From a virus (Duplodnaviria > Caudoviricetes), in the IMG/VR virus record IMGVR_UViG_3300043036_000121, positions 1 to 27,736 of that record: DNA of 27,736 nucleotides, one strand, 5' to 3'. The notes under the pieces were generated by a model. The model saw nothing but the letters and a program-made list of their open reading frames with translations. It made no database searches and had not been told where the DNA came from. Made by a program: the position numbers and the translations under genes. Shown here one piece after another: positions 1 to 7,397 of the stretch; within the stretch, counting starts at the first letter, position 1, and every line of letters starts with the position of its first letter.

Positions 1-5
1 ACAAA

Positions 6-506
6 ATGAAAGATAAATACTATTCTTCTCACGATAACTATTTTAATATTAATCGTAAATACGATCATGCAAGTGATCGTTTAATTAATCAAATAATTGA
101 ATGTCGAGTAGACGACGCTGCCTATTTGCCTTGCCGTTTACATCCAAATGATGCGGGTGCAGATTTAAAAAGCACTGAAACTTTGGAAATTTATCCCGGC
201 GATCAAAAACTTGTTGATACAGGAGTAGCGGTAAAAATTCCAGAGGGCTACGGAGGCTTTGTATTTAATAGATCGAGTCAAGGAAAACGTGGGATTACTA
301 TCCCTCATAGCGTAGGCGTTATAGATAGTGATTACCGTGGCAATATCAAAGTTATTTTGAAAAATATTGGTGAAGACCCTTATAAAATTGAGCGTGGTGA
401 TAGAATTGCTCAACTGGTAATCATGCCAGTTTTGTTATGCGGATTTGTTGATGCATGGAATGATACAGACAGAGGTACTGCTGGTTTTGGCAGTACCGGC
501 AAATAA
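6..506 (+). CDS. dut: Trimeric dUTPase
   Basis: All five dUTPase motifs are present: DAGADL, RSS, GVIDSDYRG, RIAQL, RGTAGFGSTG. Confidence 0.97.
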   Translation: MKDKYYSSHDNYFNINRKYDHASDRLINQIIECRVDDAAYLPCRLHPNDAGADLKSTETLEIYPGDQKLVDTGVAVKIPEGYGGFVFNRSSQGKRGITIPHSVGVIDSDYRGNIKVILKNIGEDPYKIERGDRIAQLVIMPVLLCGFVDAWNDTDRGTAGFGSTGK

Positions 507-514
507 AGGAAAAT

Positions 515-2479
515 ATGAACGTTAGCACAAGAGCACAAGTAATTACACGTCGAACTTACAATAGACCTACATCAGACGACGGAAAACAATTTGAAACGTG
601 GGCAGAAACAGTTGCACGAGTTATCGACCACCAAGAGTGGTTGTGGGCTAGAGCAGTAGACAGGGACCTTAACGACGTAGAATACGCTGAACTTTATGAC
701 TTAGAGCAATTGATGCTAGATCGCAAGGTTTTAATGTCGGGCCGTACGCTTTGGTTGGGCGGCACAACGGTAGCTAAAACTCGTGAAGCCTCTCAGTTTA
801 ACTGCTCGTTTACACACGTTGAAACAATCTATGATTGCGTTGACGTGTTGTGGTTGTTATTGCAAGGTTGCGGTGTCGGATTTAAACCAATCGTAGGAAC
901 GTTAAATGGCTTTAGTAAACCAATTAAGAATATTCGCACTGTACGATCTACTCGTACCGAAAAAGGCGGAAACGAAAACAACGTCGAAACGTGGAACGCC
1001 GATACGAAAACTTGGACAATCCAAGTTGGAGATAGTGCCGAGGCTTGGGCCAAGTCAATCGGAAAATTACTTGCAGGTAAGTATCCAGCTGATGAGCTAG
1101 TACTTGACTTCAGTCAACTCCGCCCAGCGGGTGAAAGGTTAAAAGGTTATGGATGGATTTCTAGTGGAGATGCAGCTATTAGCACTGCTTATATGGCGAT
1201 TGCTACTATCCTTAACGGTCGTGCCGATAGCCTACTTACTCGCATGGATATTCTCGATATTGTTAATCACTTGGGCACTATCCTCTCAAGTCGTCGCAGT
1301 GCTGAGATCGCTCTTTTTGATTATGACCAACCAGAGTGGGAAGAATTCGCAGTAGCTAAGAAAGACTGGTGGTTACATAACAATGCTCACCGTACGCAGT
1401 CAAACAATTCGCTAGTGTTTAAAAAGAAGCCATTGAAGTCAGACCTAGAGCGTATCTTTGGCATGATGGTTAAAGCAGGCGGTTCGGAGCCAGGCTTTAT
1501 TAACGAAGTTGAAGCCTTACGTCGTGCTCCTTGGTTTAAAGGTGCTAATCCTTGCGTAGAGATTTTGTTGGGTAACAAATCGTTTTGTAACCTTACCGAA
1601 ACTGATATTGCCAAGTTCAAAGGCGACACTGCCGGACTACACACTGCAATTCGATTGGCAGCTCGTGCAAACTACCGCCAAACTTGCGTTAACTTACGTG
1701 ATGGTATCTTGCAAGAATCTTGGCACTTAAACAACTACTTTATGCGTCTTTGTGGTGTTGGTTTAACCGGCATTGCATTACGTCCAGATATGGGTAGTTA
1801 TGATTATGAGTACCTAAAGCGTACAGCAACTGCTGCAGCTATGGGTATGGCACTAGACTTAGGTTTACCTGCTCCAAAGAATATTACTTGTATTAAGCCA
1901 TCGGGTACCTTGAGCAAAATCATGGATACTACAGAAGGCGTACATAAGCCACTAGGCAAGTATATCTTTAACAACGTACAGTTCTCTAAGCATGATCCTG
2001 TTGTTGACAAAATGCGTCAAGCTGGTTATCGTGTTATGAACCACCCTGTTGATGATTCAGGAGTGTTGATTACATTCCCTGTTGCTTGGGAAGGTGTTCC
2101 ATTTGATGAGGTTGAGGGTAAACAAGTTAACTTGGAATCCGCAGTTGTGCAACTTGAGCGCTATAAGCTGTTGCAAACTTCGTGGAACCAACAAAATACT
2201 TCAGTAACCATTAGCTACGACCCAACAGAAATTCCAGCCATTATTGACTGGTTATTGCTAAACTGGGATTGCTATGTAGGTGTTAGTTTCATCTACCGCA
2301 CAGACCCTACAAAAACAGCTAAAGACTTGGGTTACTTGTACTTGCCACAAGAAGTTGTAACTGAAGAAGATTACAATGCTTATCTCAAGGACTTATCTCC
2401 AGTCGATTTAAACAACACCAACAGTTTCGATGAAATCACCGATGCTGAATGTGCAACCGGCGCTTGCCCAATTAAATAA
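515..2479 (+). CDS. nrdJ: Class II (adenosylcobalamin-dependent) ribonucleotide reductase, monomeric/RTPR-like
   Basis: FNC, GCGVG, NPCVEI (thiyl radical loop), CNL, KPSGT and the C-terminal redox pair CATGACP. No adjacent beta subunit. SD AAGGA upstream. Confidence 0.92.
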   Translation: MNVSTRAQVITRRTYNRPTSDDGKQFETWAETVARVIDHQEWLWARAVDRDLNDVEYAELYDLEQLMLDRKVLMSGRTLWLGGTTVAKTREASQFNCSFTHVETIYDCVDVLWLLLQGCGVGFKPIVGTLNGFSKPIKNIRTVRSTRTEKGGNENNVETWNADTKTWTIQVGDSAEAWAKSIGKLLAGKYPADELVLDFSQLRPAGERLKGYGWISSGDAAISTAYMAIATILNGRADSLLTRMDILDIVNHLGTILSSRRSAEIALFDYDQPEWEEFAVAKKDWWLHNNAHRTQSNNSLVFKKKPLKSDLERIFGMMVKAGGSEPGFINEVEALRRAPWFKGANPCVEILLGNKSFCNLTETDIAKFKGDTAGLHTAIRLAARANYRQTCVNLRDGILQESWHLNNYFMRLCGVGLTGIALRPDMGSYDYEYLKRTATAAAMGMALDLGLPAPKNITCIKPSGTLSKIMDTTEGVHKPLGKYIFNNVQFSKHDPVVDKMRQAGYRVMNHPVDDSGVLITFPVAWEGVPFDEVEGKQVNLESAVVQLERYKLLQTSWNQQNTSVTISYDPTEIPAIIDWLLLNWDCYVGVSFIYRTDPTKTAKDLGYLYLPQEVVTEEDYNAYLKDLSPVDLNNTNSFDEITDAECATGACPIK

Positions 2480-2481
2480 TT

Positions 2482-2676
2482 ATGAACCAAAATCCAACCC
2501 TTACATTTGACTTTACACTTGAGCAAATCAACGCTATCTTAGCAGCACTTCCTGAACTTCCAGGCAAGATTTGCAACCCAATTATTGAGTTGATTCAACA
2601 ACAAGCTAAACCTCAAATCGAGGCTCTGCAATCGAAAGTTGCCGCAGAAGAAGTTCCATTGGAAACTTTAGCCTAA
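2482..2676 (+). CDS. Small helical hypothetical phage protein (64 aa)
   Basis: Starts 2 nt after the nrdJ stop and ends just before a terminator. Amphipathic helices (TLEQINAILAAL...IIELIQQQAKPQI). Confidence 0.75.
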   Translation: MNQNPTLTFDFTLEQINAILAALPELPGKICNPIIELIQQQAKPQIEALQSKVAAEEVPLETLA

Positions 2677-2690
2677 GAAATTTAGCTAGC

Positions 2691-2729
2691 AAAAAGCCCC
2701 TAAGCCGTAAAAAGCTTAGGGGCTTTTTT
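2691..2729 (+). terminator. Intrinsic terminator, potentially bidirectional
   Basis: AAAAAGCCCCTAAGC-cgtaaaaa-GCTTAGGGGCTTTTTT: perfect inverted repeat with A-tract and T-tract. Confidence 0.92.
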
Positions 2730-2825
2730 CGTTTGTGGAGTGTAATTTCTAACCATTTGATTATCCTCTTCCTCGACCAAAAATGCTACCTTGTATAAAT
2801 GCTCCTGGAACCCTAAAAGCTATCA

Positions 2826-2854
2826 TTGACCAGAACCATCAAACATGATATAAT
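2826..2854 (+). promoter_or_regulatory. Sigma70-type promoter for the 2922-5726 cassette
   Basis: TTGACC (2826-2831), 17-bp spacer, TATAAT (2849-2854), with extended -10 TG at 2846-2847. Confidence 0.85.
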
Positions 2855-2921
2855 TATCACATGTCAAAAAGATTTTGACTGCGCGTGATACGCTTTATCA
2901 TTTTTATCCAAAGGAATTATC

Positions 2922-3890
2922 ATGGCGGATACAATTGACGGCGTACCAACAGATGCAGTAACGGCACCACCAGAAATGGCAAAGGCAGCTACTGATGATC
3001 TAATGAGTGCGCTAAATTCACAGGCTGATCAAGCTCGTAGATATTACGAGAAGTTAGCAAAACAAATTAAACAAGTCGCCGAAAGCGCGACACAAAGTAC
3101 TATTATGAGTACAGAAGGAACTAATATGGCAGAAATTCTAAACCCAAGCGGTATGATGATGAGTGGCGGCGGAGATGGTCTAGGCCTTGGCGGCGGTGGT
3201 CTAATTGGCGGTCTATTACTAGGCACGCTATTACGTGGTGGCAATGGTTTACTAGGTAATGGAGCAGACGGCGGTGCCGCTATGCTACGTTCACCTCCAG
3301 AACAAGCAGCAGCAAACATGGCACTAATGCAATCTATTGGTGCAGTAGACAAGTCAGTAGCTGTTAACGCAGCAACTTTTGAAGCTTCACAAGCAACACA
3401 ATCATTAGGATTAACAAATCAATTCAATAACATCACAGCTAGCTTAGCAGCTCGTACTGATGGTGTTAAAGATACTGTTAATGCAATGGCTATGGTTCTA
3501 GCACAGCAAATTAATGGTCTACAGCAAGTAACCATGGAAAACCGTTATGAATTATCTAAAGATGTTTCTAATGATGGTGAAAAGACTCGTGCACTAATCA
3601 CAGCTCAGTATGAGTTAAACCTACAGCGTCAATTAGCTGATGCAAATGCAGCTATCATTGAACTACGTGGCGATAACCGTCTAAATGAACGCACTCGTGG
3701 TATTGAAGTTAACACAACTACAACTGTTAACCAAATGCAACAACAACAACAACAACAGGCTCAATATGGCCAATTAGCTAGCATGATCTACGGATTAGGC
3801 CAGTCAATTCGCGATAATAATTCAGCAATCAATGTTGGAAGCGGTACACAAACCTCAACTAACACACCAACTAACACTAACATTCGTTAA
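2922..3890 (+). CDS. Hypothetical protein: Gly-rich hydrophobic segment, long coiled coil, poly-Q/N/T-rich tail; second in-frame start at 3126
   Basis: SD AAGGA at 2911. Motifs GLGLGGGGLIGGLLLGTLLRGG, DGEKTRALI and QQQQQQQ. Internal GAAGGAactaatATG at 3114-3128. Confidence 0.9.
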   Translation: MADTIDGVPTDAVTAPPEMAKAATDDLMSALNSQADQARRYYEKLAKQIKQVAESATQSTIMSTEGTNMAEILNPSGMMMSGGGDGLGLGGGGLIGGLLLGTLLRGGNGLLGNGADGGAAMLRSPPEQAAANMALMQSIGAVDKSVAVNAATFEASQATQSLGLTNQFNNITASLAARTDGVKDTVNAMAMVLAQQINGLQQVTMENRYELSKDVSNDGEKTRALITAQYELNLQRQLADANAAIIELRGDNRLNERTRGIEVNTTTTVNQMQQQQQQQAQYGQLASMIYGLGQSIRDNNSAINVGSGTQTSTNTPTNTNIR

Positions 3891-3897
3891 TTAGTTT

Positions 3898-3933
3898 AAG
3901 CCCCCTCAGCCACGAGTTGTGGGGGCTTTTTTT
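3898..3933 (+). terminator. Intrinsic terminator directly after the 322-aa gene
   Basis: AAGCCCCC-t-CAGC-cacga-GTTG-t-GGGGGCTT followed by a T-tract. The next gene's SD AGGAG follows immediately. Confidence 0.85.
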
Positions 3934-3947
3934 ATAGGAGAATACGA

Positions 3948-4388
3948 ATGGAAGAATTACAAAATTTAACACGGAAAGCCTTTGCTACAACTTATAGCTT
4001 TTTGTTAATGTCCCAGTGCTACCACTGGAACGTAGAAGGTCCCGACTTTCTACAATATCACGATTTATTTGGCAGAATATACACTGAAGTAGATCAGAAA
4101 ATAGACATATTCGCAGAACAAATACGAGGAATACGTGCTTGGACTCCCGCTACGTTTAAAGAACTAGACGAGCTTTCCAGCATTGAAGAATCCGTACTTC
4201 AGCATCCAAAAGACGAAATGGTGCGCCAACTATACTTATCCAACGGCAAAGTAAATACCGACTTAATTGCAGCGTATAATCAAGCAGAATTGGTACAAGA
4301 ACACGGCTTAGCTAATTTCATATCCGAAAGAATGGATCAACATCGTAAACATGGTTGGATGCTTTATTCTAGTATGAAAGTGGCTTAA
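3948..4388 (+). CDS. dps: Dps-family mini-ferritin
   Basis: [16 protein letters not shown]...IDIFAEQIR retains the ferroxidase H/H/D/E residues. C-terminal [15 protein letters not shown]. Confidence 0.92.
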   Translation: MEELQNLTRKAFATTYSFLLMSQCYHWNVEGPDFLQYHDLFGRIYTEVDQKIDIFAEQIRGIRAWTPATFKELDELSSIEESVLQHPKDEMVRQLYLSNGKVNTDLIAAYNQAELVQEHGLANFISERMDQHRKHGWMLYSSMKVA

Positions 4389-4390
4389 TT

Positions 4391-4852
4391 ATGTATCAAT
4401 CACAACAACAAGGATTTTTACCTTATCCTGGGTTTGTTCCTATAGTGCCTTTTATAAGTGATAATGATATATTTATTAACAGCAGTATAGTTGGGCAGCC
4501 CGGACCCCCTGGCCCACCTGGTCCGGCTGGACCTGCGGGACCCCCTGGACCTGCGGGACCTCCTGGTACGCCAGGGTTGGTACCAGTAACTGATGTAACT
4601 GAAGCTACCTATACAGCACTAGCAACGGATTACTTTTTATGCGTGCTAGCAATAGCTCCAGTTTTAATAACGCTACCCATAGGTATTCTAGGAACTGTTT
4701 ACGTAATCAAAGATTGTAGCGGTAATGCAGCTAATGCACCTATTACCGTGCAGGGAACTGCACAAAACGTCGATATCGGCACAGCTACCGTTAATGTACC
4801 TTTTGGAAGCATTACAGTAGTATTCAACGGCTCCAATTGGAGCATAGTTTAA
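4391..4852 (+). CDS. Collagen-like protein with C-terminal beta-rich fibre-type domain
   Basis: About 9 G-X-Y triplets ([27 protein letters not shown]), then YTALATDY...ITLP...GTVYVIKD..G...W. Confidence 0.85.
   Translation: MYQSQQQGFLPYPGFVPIVPFISDNDIFINSSIVGQPGPPGPPGPAGPAGPPGPAGPPGTPGLVPVTDVTEATYTALATDYFLCVLAIAPVLITLPIGILGTVYVIKDCSGNAANAPITVQGTAQNVDIGTATVNVPFGSITVVFNGSNWSIV
4493..4573 (+). repeat. GC-rich collagen G-X-Y coding repeat
   Basis: 9-nt periodic ggN-ccN-(c/g)cN units, including a duplicated ctggacctgcgggacc. Confidence 0.9.
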
Positions 4853-4873
4853 TTTTTAATTTAAAGGACACAT

Positions 4874-5272
4874 ATGTCATATACAAATAATTCGCTTTCT
4901 ATTGCGGCCGGTACTGGTATTACAGTAACCCCTACCACAGCTACAGGCGCAACAACACTTACTATTAGCGCAAGCGGTACACAAACTCTTGCAGTTCGTA
5001 ACGCAGTTGCTACACCTATTACAGTAACTAATACAGATGATGTGGTAAGTGTACAAGTACCGGGCCCCGTAGCAGTTGCTGTAAATCTACCTGCCGGTGT
5101 TTTAGGCACCGTATTTAATATTAAAGACGGTTTAGGGTTAGCGGCACCCGCTACACCAATAACAATTACTCCAGCTGCTGGTACTATTGATGGAGCAGCT
5201 ACTGCTACTATTGATGCACCTTATGGCTCATTAAGTTTAGTGTACAACGGTACACAATGGCTAATTTTATAA
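4874..5272 (+). CDS. Small Thr/Ala-rich fibre-like protein, paralog of 4391 and 5274
   Basis: SD AAGGA. AGTGIT motif, then LPAGVLGTVFNIKDGLG...ITI...TIDG...YGSLSLVYNGTQWLIL. Confidence 0.85.
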   Translation: MSYTNNSLSIAAGTGITVTPTTATGATTLTISASGTQTLAVRNAVATPITVTNTDDVVSVQVPGPVAVAVNLPAGVLGTVFNIKDGLGLAAPATPITITPAAGTIDGAATATIDAPYGSLSLVYNGTQWLIL

Positions 5273-5273
5273 T

Positions 5274-5726
5274 ATGTCTTACAACAGACCAGTTAATCCA
5301 GGCACAGGACTAAAACAATTACCTGCAATAAATCCGGGTATTCAGCAATTAACTTTAGAAACAGATATTGCTACTACCAACTCACTTGGTGTAATACAAG
5401 TGGGTAGTGGTTTAGCTATTACTCCACTAGGCATACTGTCGGCAACTGGTTCGGCTAGTGGGTTATACTCAGTAAAATTAACTAGTGTAAATTATACTGC
5501 TTTAGCAGACGATTTTTACATAGGCGCAACCAAAAAAGATATTACTGTTACACTGCCTTTAGGCGTAACAGGTAAACTTTACATAATAAAAAATCAAGTC
5601 AGTGGTGACGTAACTGTTGCTGCTACTGGAGCACAAAAAATTGACACAGCCTCAACAAAACAATTAGGTACAAATCAAAGTGTAACAGTTATATTTGACG
5701 GTACACGATGGAATATCGTAGAATGA
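5274..5726 (+). CDS. Small fibre-like protein, paralog of 4391 and 4874
   Basis: ATTNSLGVIQVGSGLAI fibre-type motif, then YTALADDFYI...TLPLGVTGKLYIIKN...ID...IFDGTRWNIV. Starts 1 nt after the upstream stop. Confidence 0.85.
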   Translation: MSYNRPVNPGTGLKQLPAINPGIQQLTLETDIATTNSLGVIQVGSGLAITPLGILSATGSASGLYSVKLTSVNYTALADDFYIGATKKDITVTLPLGVTGKLYIIKNQVSGDVTVAATGAQKIDTASTKQLGTNQSVTVIFDGTRWNIVE

Positions 5727-5766
5727 AAAAAGCCCCTAGATCTTGCGATTTAGGGGCTTTATTTTT
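5726..5766. terminator. Bidirectional intrinsic terminator between convergent genes
   Basis: AAAGCCCCTAGATC-ttgc-GATTTAGGGGCTTT. On the - strand the loop is GCAA (GNRA) followed by U6. Confidence 0.9.
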
Positions 5767-6559
5767 ACATACTACTGCGTAGCATCCATAAGTGTTTTTC
5801 GTGAGCGTCAATACGTTCGGCTAAGAAGTTCTCAAAACCAAACTTACCGTAAAGACCGCATAAGTTATAAGCAGTTTTCAATACTTGTAGCATAGTATTG
5901 CTGTCGTCAATTAACTCAGCAAGCATTTCGTCTTTGTTTGGTGGTGGAGTATCCACACAATCTTCTACTTGAGTGATTGCTGATAATCCAGTTAAGCTAG
6001 CAGGAATAAATACTTGTAGTGTACGAATCTTTTCTGCAAATAAATCTAGCGAGCCGTAAACTTCTGAGTAAATTTCTCCGAATAGTTCGTGGTACTCAAA
6101 GAAATCATTACCAGTAACATTCCAATGGAAACCAGCAGTTTTTAGGTAAAAACTAAACTCACTTGCAAAGGCAGCTAAGACTGCTTTATTTAATTCATCC
6201 ATGCCAATTTCCTTGTTTGTTAGTGATTTGCTTTCACGATCACGCATAATCTGGTCACGCTTTTGTTGGGCCCAAGTTTGACCACCATCACCGCCCCACA
6301 AGTCCCAAGCTACTCTACCCTTACTAGGAAATCCTTCTTCGCCACTTGAAAAGCCTGTTGCCTGCTTATCTACTTCATGTCGGCTAAAAAAGCTGTGCAT
6401 ACGTAGCACGGTTGATTCGCTTAATGGTTCTTTATTTTTTAATTGGTTTGCACGAGCTAACCCAACTTGAGTGCCGCCAGGCTTGCCTTCTTCATGCCAC
6501 TTTAGTGCCCGTTTGGCTGCACTAGCCATGCCATCTGTAGGCGTATATGTTTCTGCCAT
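5765..6559 (-). CDS. Two-domain protein: N-terminal phage domain of unknown function fused to a Dps mini-ferritin
   Basis: Start moved to MAETYTP (6559) because of SD AAGGA at 6567-6571. C-terminal half has HWNVTGNDFFEYHELF...LDLFAEKIR and HEKHLWML. N-terminal half has GGTQVGLARANQL, RMHSFFSRH and AWDLWGGDGG. Confidence 0.88.
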   Translation of the reverse strand: MAETYTPTDGMASAAKRALKWHEEGKPGGTQVGLARANQLKNKEPLSESTVLRMHSFFSRHEVDKQATGFSSGEEGFPSKGRVAWDLWGGDGGQTWAQQKRDQIMRDRESKSLTNKEIGMDELNKAVLAAFASEFSFYLKTAGFHWNVTGNDFFEYHELFGEIYSEVYGSLDLFAEKIRTLQVFIPASLTGLSAITQVEDCVDTPPPNKDEMLAELIDDSNTMLQVLKTAYNLCGLYGKFGFENFLAERIDAHEKHLWMLRSSM

Positions 6560-6584
6560 AATTATATCCTTGTAAGAAAGCACT

Positions 6585-6613
6585 AGTATACCACGTCTAG
6601 CATACTAGTGCAA
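6585..6613 (-). promoter_or_regulatory. Sigma70-type promoter embedded in an inverted repeat that may also terminate phoH transcription
   Basis: The - strand reads TTGCAC-17bp-TATACT with extended -10 TG. The same bases form the hairpin GCACTAGTATGCTA-gacg-TGGTATACTAGTGC followed by TTTCTT. Confidence 0.65.
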
Positions 6614-6622
6614 ATCTAAATT

Positions 6623-7366
6623 TTAGTTGCGATAAGCCATAATGATTCGCTTGCAAATCTCTGAACGGACAATATCTTCGTCTAAGAACTCGATAATCTC
6701 GATACCTGGAATTCCTTCTAGTCGATTAATTGCGTCCTCCAATCCAGAGTCAGGAATATCTGATTGCTCAGTATCACCTGATAAAATCATTTTGCAGTTC
6801 TTGCCAATGCGTGACAACAACATTTTCATTTCTTCTTTTGTACAGTTTTGAGCTTCATCAACTAAAACAATACAATTGTCAAAAGTGCTACCGCGTAAGA
6901 AACCTAGTGGGGTAGGTTCAATGTCTTTGTTTTTAAGACAATATTCGTAGAATCCCTTGCCTAATGACTTTGTAAAGATTGCGTCAAAAGGTAGCAAATA
7001 AGGAGCATACTTTTCTTCTAGAGTACCTGGTAAAAATCCTAATCCTCGTCCAGTCTCCACATTGGGGCGTGTAAGAACTACACGGTCTACTTTACGATGA
7101 TATAGTTGGGATGCTGCGTAGGAGGCTGCAATAAACGTTTTACCTGTGCCAGCACTTCCGATGCCAAAGATAATGTCGTTTGATTTTATTGCTTCTAAGT
7201 ATTCGCCTTGAATAAAATTTAAAGGCTGTACTTCTTTGAATGTGTAAGGTGGTTGAGCACTTTCAGTACTACCACCTGCACCGCGTCTAGCTTGGAGTTT
7301 TTCTTCTTGACTTGGTTTATACGTTTCTCTACGAGACTTTTTACCGCTACCTGAACTTCTTGCCAT
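6623..7366 (-). CDS. phoH: PhoH-family ATPase
   Basis: Walker A GSAGTGKT, LTRP, LGFLPGTLEEKYAPY, RGSTF, Walker B VLVDEAQN, GDTEQSD, DIVRS. Confidence 0.96.
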   Translation of the reverse strand: MARSSGSGKKSRRETYKPSQEEKLQARRGAGGSTESAQPPYTFKEVQPLNFIQGEYLEAIKSNDIIFGIGSAGTGKTFIAASYAASQLYHRKVDRVVLTRPNVETGRGLGFLPGTLEEKYAPYLLPFDAIFTKSLGKGFYEYCLKNKDIEPTPLGFLRGSTFDNCIVLVDEAQNCTKEEMKMLLSRIGKNCKMILSGDTEQSDIPDSGLEDAINRLEGIPGIEIIEFLDEDIVRSEICKRIIMAYRN

Positions 7367-7397
7367 GTATTATCCTTGATTATTAAAAGAAATGAGA

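Noticed and set aside
165-2010. Alternative-frame and antisense ORFs within dut and nrdJ
   Set aside because: They fully overlap well-supported genes, have no recognisable motifs, and are expected shadow ORFs.
2730-2825. Intergenic stretch as a tRNA, riboswitch or other ncRNA
   Set aside because: No cloverleaf or recognisable conserved aptamer by eye; an Infernal/Rfam scan would be needed to exclude it fully.
3738-3758. (CAA)6 microsatellite as a phase-variation switch
   Set aside because: The trinucleotide unit keeps the frame; it only encodes the poly-Q tract.
2922-3890. 322-aa protein as an R-body (Reb), gas vesicle or tape-measure protein
   Set aside because: I see no Reb or GvpA motifs; it is too short for a tape measure and lies outside the tail operon on the opposite strand.
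6560-6583. ORF-track start at 6583 for the Dps fusion
   Set aside because: It lies within the promoter/hairpin; the SD supports ATG 6559.
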